DNA of 64,000 nucleotides from Histomonas meleagridis 2922-C6/04-290x (GCA_020184695.1 JAANOX010000099.1:350719-414718); one strand, 5' to 3'; counted from the first letter of the stretch, positions 11,771 through 25,325 are shown. The notes: generated by a model not told the origin, from the letters alone. Made by a program: numbers and translations.

Positions 11771-12422
11771 ATGCCAATAAAAAATGCCGAATATAAAAAT
11801 GTCAAATATATTAAAAACCAGATGCTTCCTCAACACCAAAAAGAATTTGTATCATTTATTGAATGGCAAATCGCACAAAAAATATTTGATATTAATGGTA
11901 AATATGTTTCTCATGAAGATTTAACGTTTAATATTTTTTTTTGGAATTTATATAAAATTAATGAAACAGCACTTCATTGGGCAACACGCAAAGGTCATTC
12001 TGAAGTTACAAAAGTTCTTCTTAAACAAAAAGGAATTGATATTAATGCTAAAGATATTTATTTATTTTATTTAATGATTATTTTAATAATTTAATCTTTC
12101 AAAATAATATTTGGAAATTATTTAAATTATTTAATACAGTACTTATTATAGCATCTTCAAATGGTCATACAGAAATAGTTAAATCACTTCTTGAACAAGA
12201 GAATATTGATATCGATGCTAAAAATATTTTTTTGTTTTATTTAAAATATTTTTAAAAAATATGACATTTCATATAAACATTTGGAATTACTTATAAACAT
12301 ATAAAACAGCGCTTATGATAGCATCAGAAAAGAAAAATGCAGAAATTATTCGATTATTTGCAGACAAAATTCAACATCATAAATGTGACGACATAATAAA
12401 ATTAAAAGATTCACAAGGATAA
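11771..12422 (+). CDS. Ankyrin-repeat gene, copy A (3 TAL units), interrupted by spacers
   Basis: T codons at 11966, 12136 and 12306 (170-nt period). The terminal unit ends ...KDSQG-TAA(A). Translation requires spacer removal and the N-terminus is uncertain. Confidence 0.55.
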
Positions 12423-12641
12423 AAGAGGAAATATTTAAATATTGAAATAAACATTTCCTAAATTCATTTTGTTATCATATATTATTATTAATGCATTAAA
12501 TTTGATAAATCGAATATTTTATATCATATTTCATTGTATGATTTTCATATAATTTGATGATAATTTTTGTGAAAAAAATGATGAAAAATTCATAACAACA
12601 AAAAATTAATTATTATTCATAGTATTATTTATTCTTAAAGT

Positions 12642-15380
12642 TTAATGGAAGTCTATTGAGTACACCTTATTATTTTCAGTCCCATAATACAAAACATTTG
12701 TTCTTGAGTCGAAGTACATCGTTACGACTGCGTCCTGTAACTCGAAAGTCCTTAAAATCCTCAAACACGGCAAACTTAACAATGTCAACTTGTTATTTAA
12801 GTCGGACACTGCCAACACGTAATCCTTATGTGCAATAATCATTTCGCACCATTGTATTTTTCGGACTTTGAATTTCCAATTCTTCAATTTTTATTTAAAT
12901 CCATTCCATATGAAAATATTTTTTTAAAAATTTTATTTTTTTAATAATTTCACAACATATCAATATACAAGGCGATGCACTAATTTTTAACATTAAAATA
13001 TTATAATCTAATGAATAACTATATTGATAAGAACCATTTAAGAAATTAAATGATGAAATTTGTCGTGATTTATAACCACAAATTAATGCATTACTTACAA
13101 TACCGATATCAAAATCAATAATCGTCGCTGGATGTGCACTAATTTGGAATTTCATTGTCGCTGGTTGTGTAAAATTCCATTTAATAATAGAATAATTTCG
13201 TGAAGCGGTAACAAAATCATTCGTACTCGTAACTTTTAATGAATTTATTAATGAATATTGTCGTTGTGAATTAATTAATTTAATAGTTAAATTATTAATA
13301 TCAATTTGAAACATATGAAATGTACAATCATTACATGTTGATATAATTAAAATATTCTTTTTTAAATGATATGAAATTGTCCTTTCTGAAATACCTTGAA
13401 ATCCTGTTAAACAATAACTAATATCAAAAAAATATTTTCATTTTTATTATTCTTTAATATTAATTTACCTAATGATGTAATAATAATTAAAATATTATTG
13501 AATGTCGTTCGAAGAAATATTGGCTTCGATTTTATTTCAATTTGTAATGTCGGTGTAAATAAAGATAAAATAAAATTAATCGTAGAAAAAAATTAATTTT
13601 CATTGGATGTGGATTCTTAAAGATTTGATTTGGAATAGTACCAAAACTTTTTACTAAATTGTTGATAAAAAATTAACTTTTCTGGATCTTCTATTACTTG
13701 TTTAGTCATATTCGTAGGATATGTATAAGGATGAAATGTATTATTAGCTAAAATTGCTTCTTTCCCATTTTGTTTATATCCAAATATTAAATCAATCCAT
13801 TTAGGTAAATTTAAACTTACATAATCACTTTCTAATGCTGCTCGATGTTTCTCAATGAAATCATACGCATTTTTACTCCATGGTGGTAATATAACATCAT
13901 TAATTTTACTTCCATCTGATTTGATTCCTAAATCAAAATTATCTGAATTAATTAAAAATCGTGGGGTACTATAAAATTCTGGTATTAATTCTCGATAATC
14001 TGTTAAATCTGGTGATGTAATAGATTCCCATAAATGAGGAATTGATGAAAAAATTCGACTTGATTTATCAAATTTATTATCTTGCATTTTTAATATTAAT
14101 ACTTGTAAATGGTTCTAATCGTATTAAATAATATGATACAAAATATGAATTAGAATAATGAACTTTATATAAAAATTTGTTTTCTTCATCCATTTCTGTA
14201 ATTAATTCCTTTAAATGTTCTAATCGATCTTCATTTAATGCTCCAATAGGTTTACTTAAATCTCGATAAACATTCGGATCATTTAAATCAATAGTTTCAC
14301 TCGTATAATCTTTTAATACCCATGGAAAAACTGGATATTGTGTTAAATCATTAAAACTTCGTCCTGAAAATAAATTAATTATGATTAAATATTTATAATT
14401 AGAAATTTCTCCATTAACCCATTTTTCAGTAATTTTTTCTTGTTCTAATAATGATGAATTCGATGTTTGTAAATATTTTAAATTAGGTAATTTTAATTTT
14501 TTAAGAATTTTAATAACTGTTTCCTTAATATTTTGATTCGGAAATATTATTAAATAACTTTTTTGTGTAGTTAAAAAAAATTCTAAACCACATGGAATAT
14601 GATATTGATTTCTTTGTAAAACCATATATAAATCTTTAAGTTTAATTTCTATTAATCGATGTTTAATATTATTATTAATATTATCTGGTGTGAAAAAAAC
14701 TTGATTCTTATTAAGATAAAATGTACCTTGAAATGAATTATTTAATTTAATATGTTGTGCTGGTGAAGCAAATGAATATGTATATGTATCTTCTTTAGAA
14801 TCATCAATATTTATGTCATTTTCATTATTATTATTATTACTATTATTATCTTCAATAGTTGTAGTCTCTGTTGAATTAGTTGTCCCTGAATTTAATTGTT
14901 TAAATGATTGTAATCTTTGTAATGCTTCTGTTTGATCACGTGAATCACGTAATAATGATGCAATTTGATGTTGATCAAAATGTTTATTCGGTCGTAATAT
15001 ATTATGTCTCCAATCTAAATCTAATGTCGATGATAATTTCCAATGTTGTTCTTTATTAATATGAATATTTAATGAATAATTAATTTCTAATTCTTGTAAT
15101 AAATCTTTATATATCTTTTTGGCTATATTCTTGATTATGCAAATTATATAAATGTTGTTGTTTAATGGTAGAAATTAAAAATATTATTATATTTAGAAAA
15201 AAATTGTTTTTATTAAATATAAGTTCATTATTAAATAAATTATTTATCGTAGTACATATTTTTGTAAAGTTTTGCATCATTTGTGTTTGTAATGGAACTG
15301 TTAAAATAAATATCGATTGTAACCATTCACTTGATGTAATTCCATAAATTTCAGGAATAGGTTCTTCAATAACTTTTTGT
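12642..15380 (-). pseudogene. 5'-truncated inverted copy of the BEACH gene (PH-BEACH-WD40 part)
   Basis: ORFs at 14077-14625, 13617-14087, 12895-13314 and 12642-12887 duplicate 21776-23616. No start or promoter is present and there are several frameshifts. Confidence 0.85.
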
Positions 15381-15710
15381 AATGTAAGCTGAGTCCATGA
15401 TGTAAATTGTTTTTGATTCCCTTTGAATCAGATTATTTTGTGCACGAAGGGGTCGTTTAGGTACCCAATTTTTTTATCATTGAATTCCGAATCGTCATAT
15501 GATATTTGTATTTGGGCAAATGTCTATCGGAACTTTTCAATCATCAATAAAGTTATCAAAACCCGATACCATCAAATTCGTCAAGATAATTGAGTGAATT
15601 TTTCTGAACATTAACAAAAAAGTTGCGATGTAAAATTGTAGAGCTTTTCTAAACTTTTTTAGGTTAAACCGAAAAAGTGTTTTTAGAACTGCGGTTTTTT
15701 TTCAGACAAA

Positions 15711-18700
15711 ATGATGAAGAAGTCAAATTCCAGAAGAGAAACCATTGATGACATGATTAAGCATTGGTTCAAAAAGGCTAAGCCTAAAAATCTTGATTTA
15801 AAGGGGGTTCAAGGATTTGACACAATTTTTCCCGAAATTCCAGATCAACATTATTCAACCAAACCATTCCAGGGGAAAAAATTTGATATTTCCACCATCA
15901 AAGAAAAGCTTAGCTTAGGTTTAATTCCTAATCCAGCTTATTTCCAACTTGCAGTTCTTTTAGTCAATAATCTTAATCTTCTTAAAGATGATCCTCATGC
16001 ATTTGACCCACTTATTCCTACATTGTTCAAGTTTCTTATAGCCATTAGCTTATCATTTCAAAAGATCTTTCAATTAGCACTTGATAATGATGAGAATGTT
16101 AAATCATTTAGTGATACTATTGCAGCCTTTCAAGTTTCTTTTGCATTACCTATTGAATATTCCATTGAAGCCTTTATCCCAATGAAGAGTGTATATAGTT
16201 TTCTTACAACCAAAATATTCCAAAACTTAAATTTCAAGACATATTCTCCAACGATGAAACAATCCATACGTAACTTTACTAACATGACAGTAAATTCATT
16301 ATTAAACATAGGTATCGAAACCTTTGATGACTTTTATGAAGCGTATCAATACTTAGTTGCATATTTAAAATATTTTTCGGCTATATCGAAAGTTCCTGAT
16401 CATACGCAAACAGAATTTACGATATCATGTAAAGCTGCGCAAGTATTTGATAAGATTCCACCTGATTATTCAGAGAAATTTAAGAATGATATTATATTAC
16501 CATTTATTACATCCATCTATCGAATGGTTATTGACTTAGCGACAGCAGAAAATGTTGAACCGAATTATTTTGATTATTTATCATTTTTATCTGATTATTT
16601 ATTTAGGTATTGTATATCAGTATGTAAAATCACAGATATAGTACCCGAAAATTATTTATCACAATGTTATATTAAAGTAATTTTATGGTATAATAAGAAT
16701 TATCCATTTTTAACAAAACAACAACAAAATGAATTACCTAAAATTAACACAATTAAATTTGATGAAAATGATGAAATTAAATATCCGAAATTTGATTGGA
16801 TAAAGAACAAAACATTTGAACGTGTATTAACAAATGATTTAACTTATAAGCAATTAGATCAAAGCGAAGTTATATTTGTTAATAAGTTTTCACATCGTTT
16901 ATTATCTACAACACAAAAACTTGCTGAAGGTGTATTAAGTTCTTCGGTACCATCGAAAGTTATACAACTTTTTATGTCATTTAAAAATGATATTAATGAA
17001 TCGAATTTATCACTTTTATATACGATTTTATCATTTTTAATATATTATGAAAAATCAATTATTAATCCATTATTAACAAAAGAGAAATTTTGGGAATCGA
17101 TTTTCCAAACATCAGTATTTAATTCGACAACAAATGATTTTTATGATAAATTACGTGCGTCAATATTTTATTTAATGTATTTATCATTAAAAGTTGCAAA
17201 TTCAAGTGATTCATATTATATATTAAAAACATTTTTACAATTTTTTAATGGAACTGGTCTCGAATTTGGTTATTTAATATCGAAATTGTATAATTCTTTA
17301 TTAACTATTACTAATCCACAATTTTTTGAAGCAATGGTAACATTACCATTTTTAGAATTTATATATAATTATCAATATAAATTACAAAGAGTTCATATCT
17401 TAACAAATGATGTTGAAGAGAAAAGACAAATTTCTGAAATTAGACAAAACTTTTTATTGGGACATTTAAGTTTAAAGAATAATGTTATTGCAAATTATGT
17501 ATTATCATCATCGAAATATTTCATTGGATTTATGTTTCATTTAATCTTTGAAGAAGAAACAACAGAAATTGTTACTACGATATTAATTAATTCATTCTTT
17601 GTTAAGAATATTGATATCCAAGAAATTACTTTTGTTAATACTACACAATATGAACCATTCTTTAATTATTTCAAAGATGTTATTAATGAATCTATTAATA
17701 ATCTTGAAGATGAACGTTGGATTAAATTAGTTGAAAAGTTATTTTATATATTAAAATCTACACAATATCAATTAACAATGATTGAACAAATAGAAAAACT
17801 GAATGTTTTTCCATTTGTAATAGAAAAAGCACAAACATTAATTGATAAAATTGGTCAAAATTCAATTCGAATTATCCAAAATATAATTTTATGGATTTCT
17901 ACATTAACATTTAAATGTTTAAAGGGTCAACGATTTATGTATTGTAAACCTAATCGATATTTTGATCAATTTTCAAAGTTATTATCACAATTAACATTTG
18001 ATGATAATATTATAGATATAATTTTAAGAATAGTATTTGAAAAAGATATATATTTAAAGTCATTACCAGATTTAATTGAAATACAATTTCCGAAAGCTTT
18101 ATCATTTTTACATTCTTCTACATGTCATTTACCACAACATTCGATAATTATCCAATTTATATTATCTATATGTGAACAATCATTTTCAAATTGTTTACAT
18201 ATTTGTCAATCGAATTTTTTGATTATTTTATTAGATTATATACGTAATTATCCAGATTTATCTATCTTTGAAGAAGGTAATAAAATTACTTCAATTGTTA
18301 AAACAATGGATATTATTAAAAGAACAACATCATTTTTGTTTATGCCAAAGACATTTTTAAAGTCATTTGATTTATTAAAACCTTATCAAGGTCATCGAGT
18401 TTGGTGGACTTATAATTTATTAACATGTTTCCAAAATGTATTACATAATAAATCTTCATTACCTTCATCATTTATCCATTTTAGTGGATTAAATACAGGA
18501 ATGAAAACTACGAATCCATTTTCTACACCAAATAAATCATGGACATTAATGATACGATTTTATTTAGATAACACAATACGATTTTATAGTAATGAACCTC
18601 GATTATTATCATTCCAAACAGCTAATGATACAATGATTGAAATCATATTAAAGAATAATATAATATCATATGAAATTCAAACAAATAAAAAATCCAAAAA

Positions 18701-21700
18701 AAATGTTCATGATATAAACTTTTCATCAGATTCAGGTAAATGGTATTTCTTTACATTAGCATATCATAACAATGAATTTAAGATATTTGTTGATGGACAA
18801 TTACTTGATAAATTATCCGCAAATAATTTTAGAGCTGATACAATAAAATGTTTTTATATTGCACGAGGATTTCAAAATGGTAATTCATTAACATGTAATA
18901 TTAGTGTAATCTATTTATTTAATCAATTTATCAAACCTAATTTACAAAAAGATATAACTAATTTACCATTAGATTATTTTTATTCATTTATATCATCTAA
19001 TAGTAAATTATTCCCATCATTACCTAATACATTATTTTCCAAAGAAAATGATTTAGAAAATTCTTTAGTTTTATTATATAATTCAAGAATGACACAAAAT
19101 AATATCTGTTTAAATTATTCTCAAAAATTTAAGAATCCAGCATTAGTTGAAGGTGATATAGTACCATATTCTTGTAATTTTATTGGAAATGTATTTAACA
19201 TGAGTGGATTTCAATTATTAATACCTTTGTTCGAACAAGTTGATATGCCAGTATTAACTATGGTAGCAGAAACAGATAATGCTTCATTCTTTAATACATT
19301 AATATCACTTTTCACTGGTTTAATAAGTTATTCTGAAGAATTCCAAAATTTATTCTTTTCGAATGATTGCGCTAAATTATTAGCTTATCAATTAACTAAA
19401 GTTAATCGTAATAATTTCTCATTAACATTTTTCGATTCATTAAATACTTTATATGATTCATTAATTGATGTTTCACATAAGAATGAAATTTTAGAATATA
19501 TATTCTTTAATATTAACATATGGAAAAATCATCAAAAATTAACAATACAAATATTAGTTGAGAAAATATATAAAAAATTATTACAAAATAATACATCTGT
19601 TAATTTATTACAAAATTTAGGATTTATCTTTTTGTTTAATTTCATTATTAGTATTAAATCAAGTGAATCACGTAAAATATTATATGAGTTTTTATTATTA
19701 TATGTTAAAAAGAAATTTTCTTTATCTAATATGAATTATCTATTTCAAAATTGTTTAAATAATACGAAAATTGAAATTCGATTAGAATCATTAGAATTAA
19801 TGTATAAATTAATTGAACAAAAAATCTTTGATAGTCGAAATATATTATTACATCAAAATTATTACTTAGCATTAATTAATTTATCTTCTGATCCTAATGA
19901 AGAAATTCGTTGTTATGGATTAAGATTCATAATATTATCACAAAACTTATATCAAAAGAATCAATTACAAACTATACCTTATCCTTTAGATATAGCAATT
20001 AGTTTATATATTAAATTTTATAATTATGAAAATGAAACTATCAAAATTTGGGATGAATCAACACAATTATTATTTAGTAATCCTGAACTTTCTTATGGAT
20101 TATTACAATTAATAGCATTTATTTCAAATCATTTTAGTGATAAATGTATGGAATTTTTGAATAATTTTCTTTCATTTATTTTGATACAAAAATCATTGGA
20201 TCAATTAATTAATTCTTTATGGCATTTATATATATTTTATATATATACACAATCTTCAAAACCTTCAATAGCTTTACATAATAAAACTTTAATTGATATA
20301 TTTTCACATATTGTTAGTTATATAGTAATAAAACAAAAAATTAATTTATTGCAAAATACAATTTCATTTTTACATATAATACAATATAAAAAACAATTAG
20401 AAACAGTAAGTTACTTAAAAATGATTTTTTTGAAGTTATTAGATAATACTGAAATTAAAGATGAAAATATATTTATGAATGTATTTCCTGAAATATTTAA
20501 TTATTTATTCTTTATACCAAATTATGATCAAAATTATCAAAATAATGATTTATATCAAAGACATGGTATTCAAAATCGAATATTTTTAGTTAAACGATTT
20601 GATAGTGATTTTACTTTATTAGAATTTATTAATGATATATTTAATAATAATAATACGAATTTTGATATATTCTTTTCATTATCATTACGAACATCAAATG
20701 GTACATGGGATGATATTGAATTATCAATTAAATTATTAATATTTAGTTTGAAAACGATTAATTCTTCATTATATGATAAACAAATTAATATTCAAAAGAA
20801 TAATATCAATTTATTTTCAGCTTTAACATTTTTAATGGGTAATATATTTAGAATTGATTCGAAATATATTAATCAATTTTTACCATTATATAAATCACAT
20901 TTATTATTAATTAATAATTATGATATTATAATTGAATGTTTATCAATAATATTAATGTATTTATATCCTATTGGTTGTAAAAATCCAACAATATATAAAC
21001 AAATAGAAATTTTAATATTAGATTTAATCAATGGATTTCCTAAACAAAAAGTTATTGAAGAACCTATTCCTGAAATTTATGGAATTACATCAAGTGAATG
21101 GTTACAATCGATATTTATTTTAACAGTTCCATTACAAACACAAATGATGCAAAACTTTACAAAAATATGTACTACGATAAATAATTTATTTAATAATGAA
21201 CTTATATTTAATAAAACAATTTTTTCTAAATATAATAATATTTTAATTTCTACCATTAAACAACAACATTTATATAATTTACATAATCAAGAATATATCC
21301 AAAAGATATATAAAGATTTATTACAAGAATTAGAAATTAATTATTCATTAAATATTCATATTAATAAAGAACAACATTGGAAATTATCATCGACATTAGA
21401 TTTAGATTGGAGACATAATATATTACGACCGAATAAACATTTTGATCAACATCAAATTGCATCATTATTACGTGATTCACGTGATCAAACAGAAGCATTA
21501 CAAAGATTACAATCATTTAAACAAATAAATTCAGGGACAACTAATTCAACAGAGACTACAACTATTGAAGATAATAGTAATAATAATAATAATAATAATA
21601 ATGAAAATGACATAAATATTGATGATTCTAAAGAAGATACATATACATATTCATTTGCTTCACCAGCACAACATATTAAATTAAATAATTCATTTCAAGG

Positions 21701-23616
21701 TACATTTTATCTTAATAAGAATCAAGTTCTTAAAGATTTATATATGGTTTTACAAAGAAATCAATATCATATTCCATGTGGTTTAGAATAACTACACAAA
21801 AAAGTTATTTAATAATATTTCCGAATCAAAATATTAAGGAAACAGTTATTAAAATTCTTAAAAAATTAAAATTACCTAATTTAAAATATTTACAAACATC
21901 GAATTCATCATTATTAGAACAAGAAAAAATTACTGAAAAATGGGTTAATGGAGAAATTTCTAATTATAAATATTTAATCATAATTAATTTATTTTCAGGA
22001 CGAAGTTTTAATGATTTAACACAATATCCAGTTTTTCCATGGGTATTAAAAGATTATACGAGTGAAACTATTGATTTAAATGATCCGAATGTTTATCGAG
22101 ATTTAAGTAAACCTATTGGAGCATTAAATGAAGATCGATTAGAACATTTAAAGGAATTAATTACAGAAATGGATGAAGAAAACAAATTTTTATATAAAGT
22201 TCATTATTCTAATTCATATTTTGTATCATATTATTTAATACGATTAGAACCATTTACAAGTATTAATATTAAAATGCAAGATAATAAATTTGATAAATCA
22301 AGTCGAATTTTTTCATCAATTCCTCATTTATGGGAATCTATTACATCACCAGATTTAACAGATTATCGAGAATTAATACCAGAATTTTATAGTACCCCAC
22401 GATTTTTAATTAATTCAGATAATTTTGATTTAGGAATCAAATCAGATGGAAGGAAAAATTAATGATGTTATATTACCACCATGGAGTAAAAATGCGTATG
22501 ATTTCATTGAGAAACATCGAGCAGCATTAGAAAGTGATTATGTAAGTTTAAATTTACCTAAATGGATTGATTTAATATTTGGATATAAACAAAATGGGAA
22601 AGAAGCAATTTTAGCTAATAATACATTTCATCCTTATACATATCCTACGAATATGACTAAACAAGTAATAGAAGATCCAGAAAAAGTTAATTTTTATTTT
22701 ATCTTTATTTACACCGACATTACAAATTGAAATAAAATCGAAGCCAATATTTCTTCGAACGACATTCAATAATATTTTAATTATTATTACATCATTAGGT
22801 AAATTAATATTAAAGAATAATAAAAATGAAAATATTTTTGATATTAGTTATTGTTTAACAGGATTTCAAGGTATTTCAGAAAGGACAATTTCATATCATT
22901 TAAAAAAGAATATTTTAATTATATCAACATGTAATGATTGTACATTTCATATGTTTCAAATTGATATTAATAATTTAACTATTAAATTAATTAATTCACA
23001 ACGACAATATTCATTAATAAATTCATTAAAAGTTACGAGTACGAATGATTTTGTTACCGCTTCACGAAATTATTCTATTATTAAATGGAATTTTACACAA
23101 CCAGCGACAATGAAATTCCAAATTAGTGCACATCCAGCGACGATTATTGATTTTGATATCGGTATTGTAAGTAATGCATTAATTTGTGGTTATAAATCAC
23201 GACAAATTTCATCATTTAATTTCTTAAATGGTTCTTATCAATATAGTTATTCATTAGATTATAATATTTTAATGTTAAAAATTAGTGCATCGCCTTGTAT
23301 ATTGATATGTTGTGAAATTATTAAAAATAAAATTTTAAAAATATTTTCATATGGAATGGATTTAAATAAAATTGAAGAATTGGAAATTCAAAGTCCGAAA
23401 ATACAATGGTGCGAAATGATTATTGCACATAAGGATTACGTGTTGGCAGTGTCCGACTTAAATAACAAGTTGACATTGTTAAGTTTGCCGTGTTTGAGGA
23501 TTTTAAGGACTTTCGAGTTACAGGACGCAGTCGTAACGATGTACTTCGACTCAAGAACAAATGTTTTGTATTATGGGACTGAAAATAATAAGGTGTACTC
23601 AATAGACTTCCATTAA
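15711..23616 (+). CDS. Large BEACH-domain protein (ConA-like, PH, BEACH, WD40), frameshifted in this sequence
   Basis: A 2026-aa ORF followed by BEACH motifs (W..GEISNYKYL, GRSFNDLTQYPVFPW, RELIPEFY, LPPWS, WIDLIFGYKQ) and WD repeats. The breaks near 21790, 22450 and 22690 are intact in the inverted copy. Confidence 0.88.
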
Positions 23617-23835
23617 ACTTTAAGAATAAATAATACTATGAATAATAATTAATTTTTTGTTGTTATGAATTTTTCATCATTTTTTTCACAAAAATTATCA
23701 TCAAATTATATGAAAATCATACAATGAAATATGATATAAAATATTCGATTTATCAAATTTAATGCGTTAATAATAATATATGAAAACAAAATGAATTTAG
23801 GAAATGTTTATTTCAATATTTAAATATTTCCTCTT

Positions 23836-25325
23836 TTATCCTTGTGAATCTTTTAATTTTATTATGTCGTCACATTTATGATGTTGAATTTTGTCGACAA
23901 ATAATCGAATAATTTCTGCATTTTTCTTTTCTGATGCTATCATAAGCGCTGTTTTATATGTTTATAAGTAATTCCAAATGTTTATATGAAATGTCATATT
24001 TTTTAAAAATATTATAAATAAAACAAAAAAATATTTTTAGCATCGATATCAATATTCTCTTGTTCTAGAAGTAATTTAACTATTTCTGTATGACCATTTT
24101 CAGATGCATGCATAAGTGCTGTATTAAATATTTTAAATAACCCCCAAATATTATTTTGAAATATCAAATTATAAAAATAAATATTAAATATAACAAATAA
24201 ATATCTTTAGCATTAATATCAATTCCTTTTTGTTCAAGAAGTAATTTAACTATTTCTGTATGACCTTTAAATGATGCAAACATAAGTGCTGTTTTAAATA
24301 ATTTAAATAATTTCCAAATATTATTTTGAAATCCAAAATTATTAAAATAAATTTTAAATAAAACAAATAAATATCTTTAGCATTAATATCAATTCCTTCT
24401 TGTTCAAGAAGTGATTTAACTATTTCTGTATGACCACTTATAGATGCACAAATAAGTGCTGTTTTAAATAATTTAAATAATTTCCAAATATTATTTTGAA
24501 TTTCCAAATTATTAAAATAAATTTTAAATAAAACAAATAAATATCTTTAGCATTAATATCAATTCCTTCTTGTTCAAGAAGTAATTTAACTACTTCTGTA
24601 TAACCATTCGAAGATGCTAACATAAGTGCTGTATTAAATAATTTAAATAATTTCCAAATATTATTTTGAAATATAAAATTATTATAATAAATTTCAAATA
24701 AAACAAATAAATATCTTTAGCATTAATATCAATTCCTTCTTGTTCAAGAAGTAATTTAACTATTTCTGTACGACCATTTGAAGATGCATAAATAAGTGCT
24801 GTCCAAAATGATTTAAATAATTTCCAAATATTATTTTGGAATATCAAATTCTTAAAATAAATTTCAAATAAAACAAGTAAATATTTTTAGCATTAATATC
24901 AATTCCTTTTTGTTCAAGAAGTAATTTAACTATTTCTGTATGACCATAATAAGATGCCCAAATAAGTGCTGTCCAAAATAATTTAAATAATTTTCAAATA
25001 TTATTTTGAAATATCAAATTATTATAATAAATTTCAAATAAAACAAATAAATATCTTTAGCATTAACATCAATTCCTTTTTGTTTAAGAAGAACTTTTGT
25101 AACTTCAGAATGACCTTTGCGTGTTGCCCAATGAAGTGCTGTTTCATTAATTTTATATAAATTCCAAAAAAAAATATTAAACGTTAAATCTTCATGAGAA
25201 ACATATTTTACCATTAATATCAAATATTTTTTGTTCGATTTGCCATTCAATAAATGATACAAATTCTTTTTGGTGTTGAGGAAGCATCTGGTTTTTAATA
25301 TATTTGACATTTTTATATTCGGCAT
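23836..25325 (-). CDS. Ankyrin-repeat gene, copy B (8 TAL units), every repeat interrupted by a spacer
   Basis: Stop-free segments TAL-xx-AS-xx-GH-TEIVKLLLEQ(K/E)GIDINAKD, separated by 68-nt excess spacers. Stop codon at 23836-23838. Confidence 0.6.
23941..25220. repeat. Tandem array of exact 170-nt units (ankyrin coding segment plus AT-rich spacer)
   Basis: The ten-mers ending ...AG(T/C)GCT (reverse complement of the A-L codons of TAL) start at 23941, 24111, 24281, 24451, 24621, 24791, 24961 and 25131. Confidence 0.95.

Larger units (their letters stand above)
11519..15380. repeat. Left arm of a large inverted duplication (reverse complement of 21044-25577)
   Basis: Sequence and ORF translations match the right arm. 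Identity stops at 11519/25577 (outer) and 15380/21044 (inner). Confidence 0.95.

Noticed and set aside
21575-21606. (AAT)n tract
   Set aside because: It is an ordinary poly-Asn coding microsatellite in the BEACH protein.
24295-24360. Conserved RNA hairpin in the spacers (AATAATTT/AAATTATT; TTCCAAA-ataata-TTTGGAA)
   Set aside because: It is plausible in locus B but not maintained in locus D, and such pairing arises easily in very AT-rich sequence. It needs covariation analysis.
24281-24380. Canonical GT-AG introns in the ankyrin spacers (GT in TTGTTTT, AG in AAACAG)
   Set aside because: Joining these is out of frame or deletes the T-A of TAL. GT is absent from locus D spacers and no branch-point consensus is present.
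23941-25220. 170-nt repeat-spacer array as a CRISPR array
   Set aside because: The variable parts are ankyrin codons, the units are far too long, there are no cas genes, and the context is eukaryotic.
23836-25325. Stop-codon reassignment explaining the broken ankyrin ORFs
   Set aside because: About 20 long genes end normally at TAA, TGA or TAG, and readthrough cannot fix a 170-nt (non-triplet) period.
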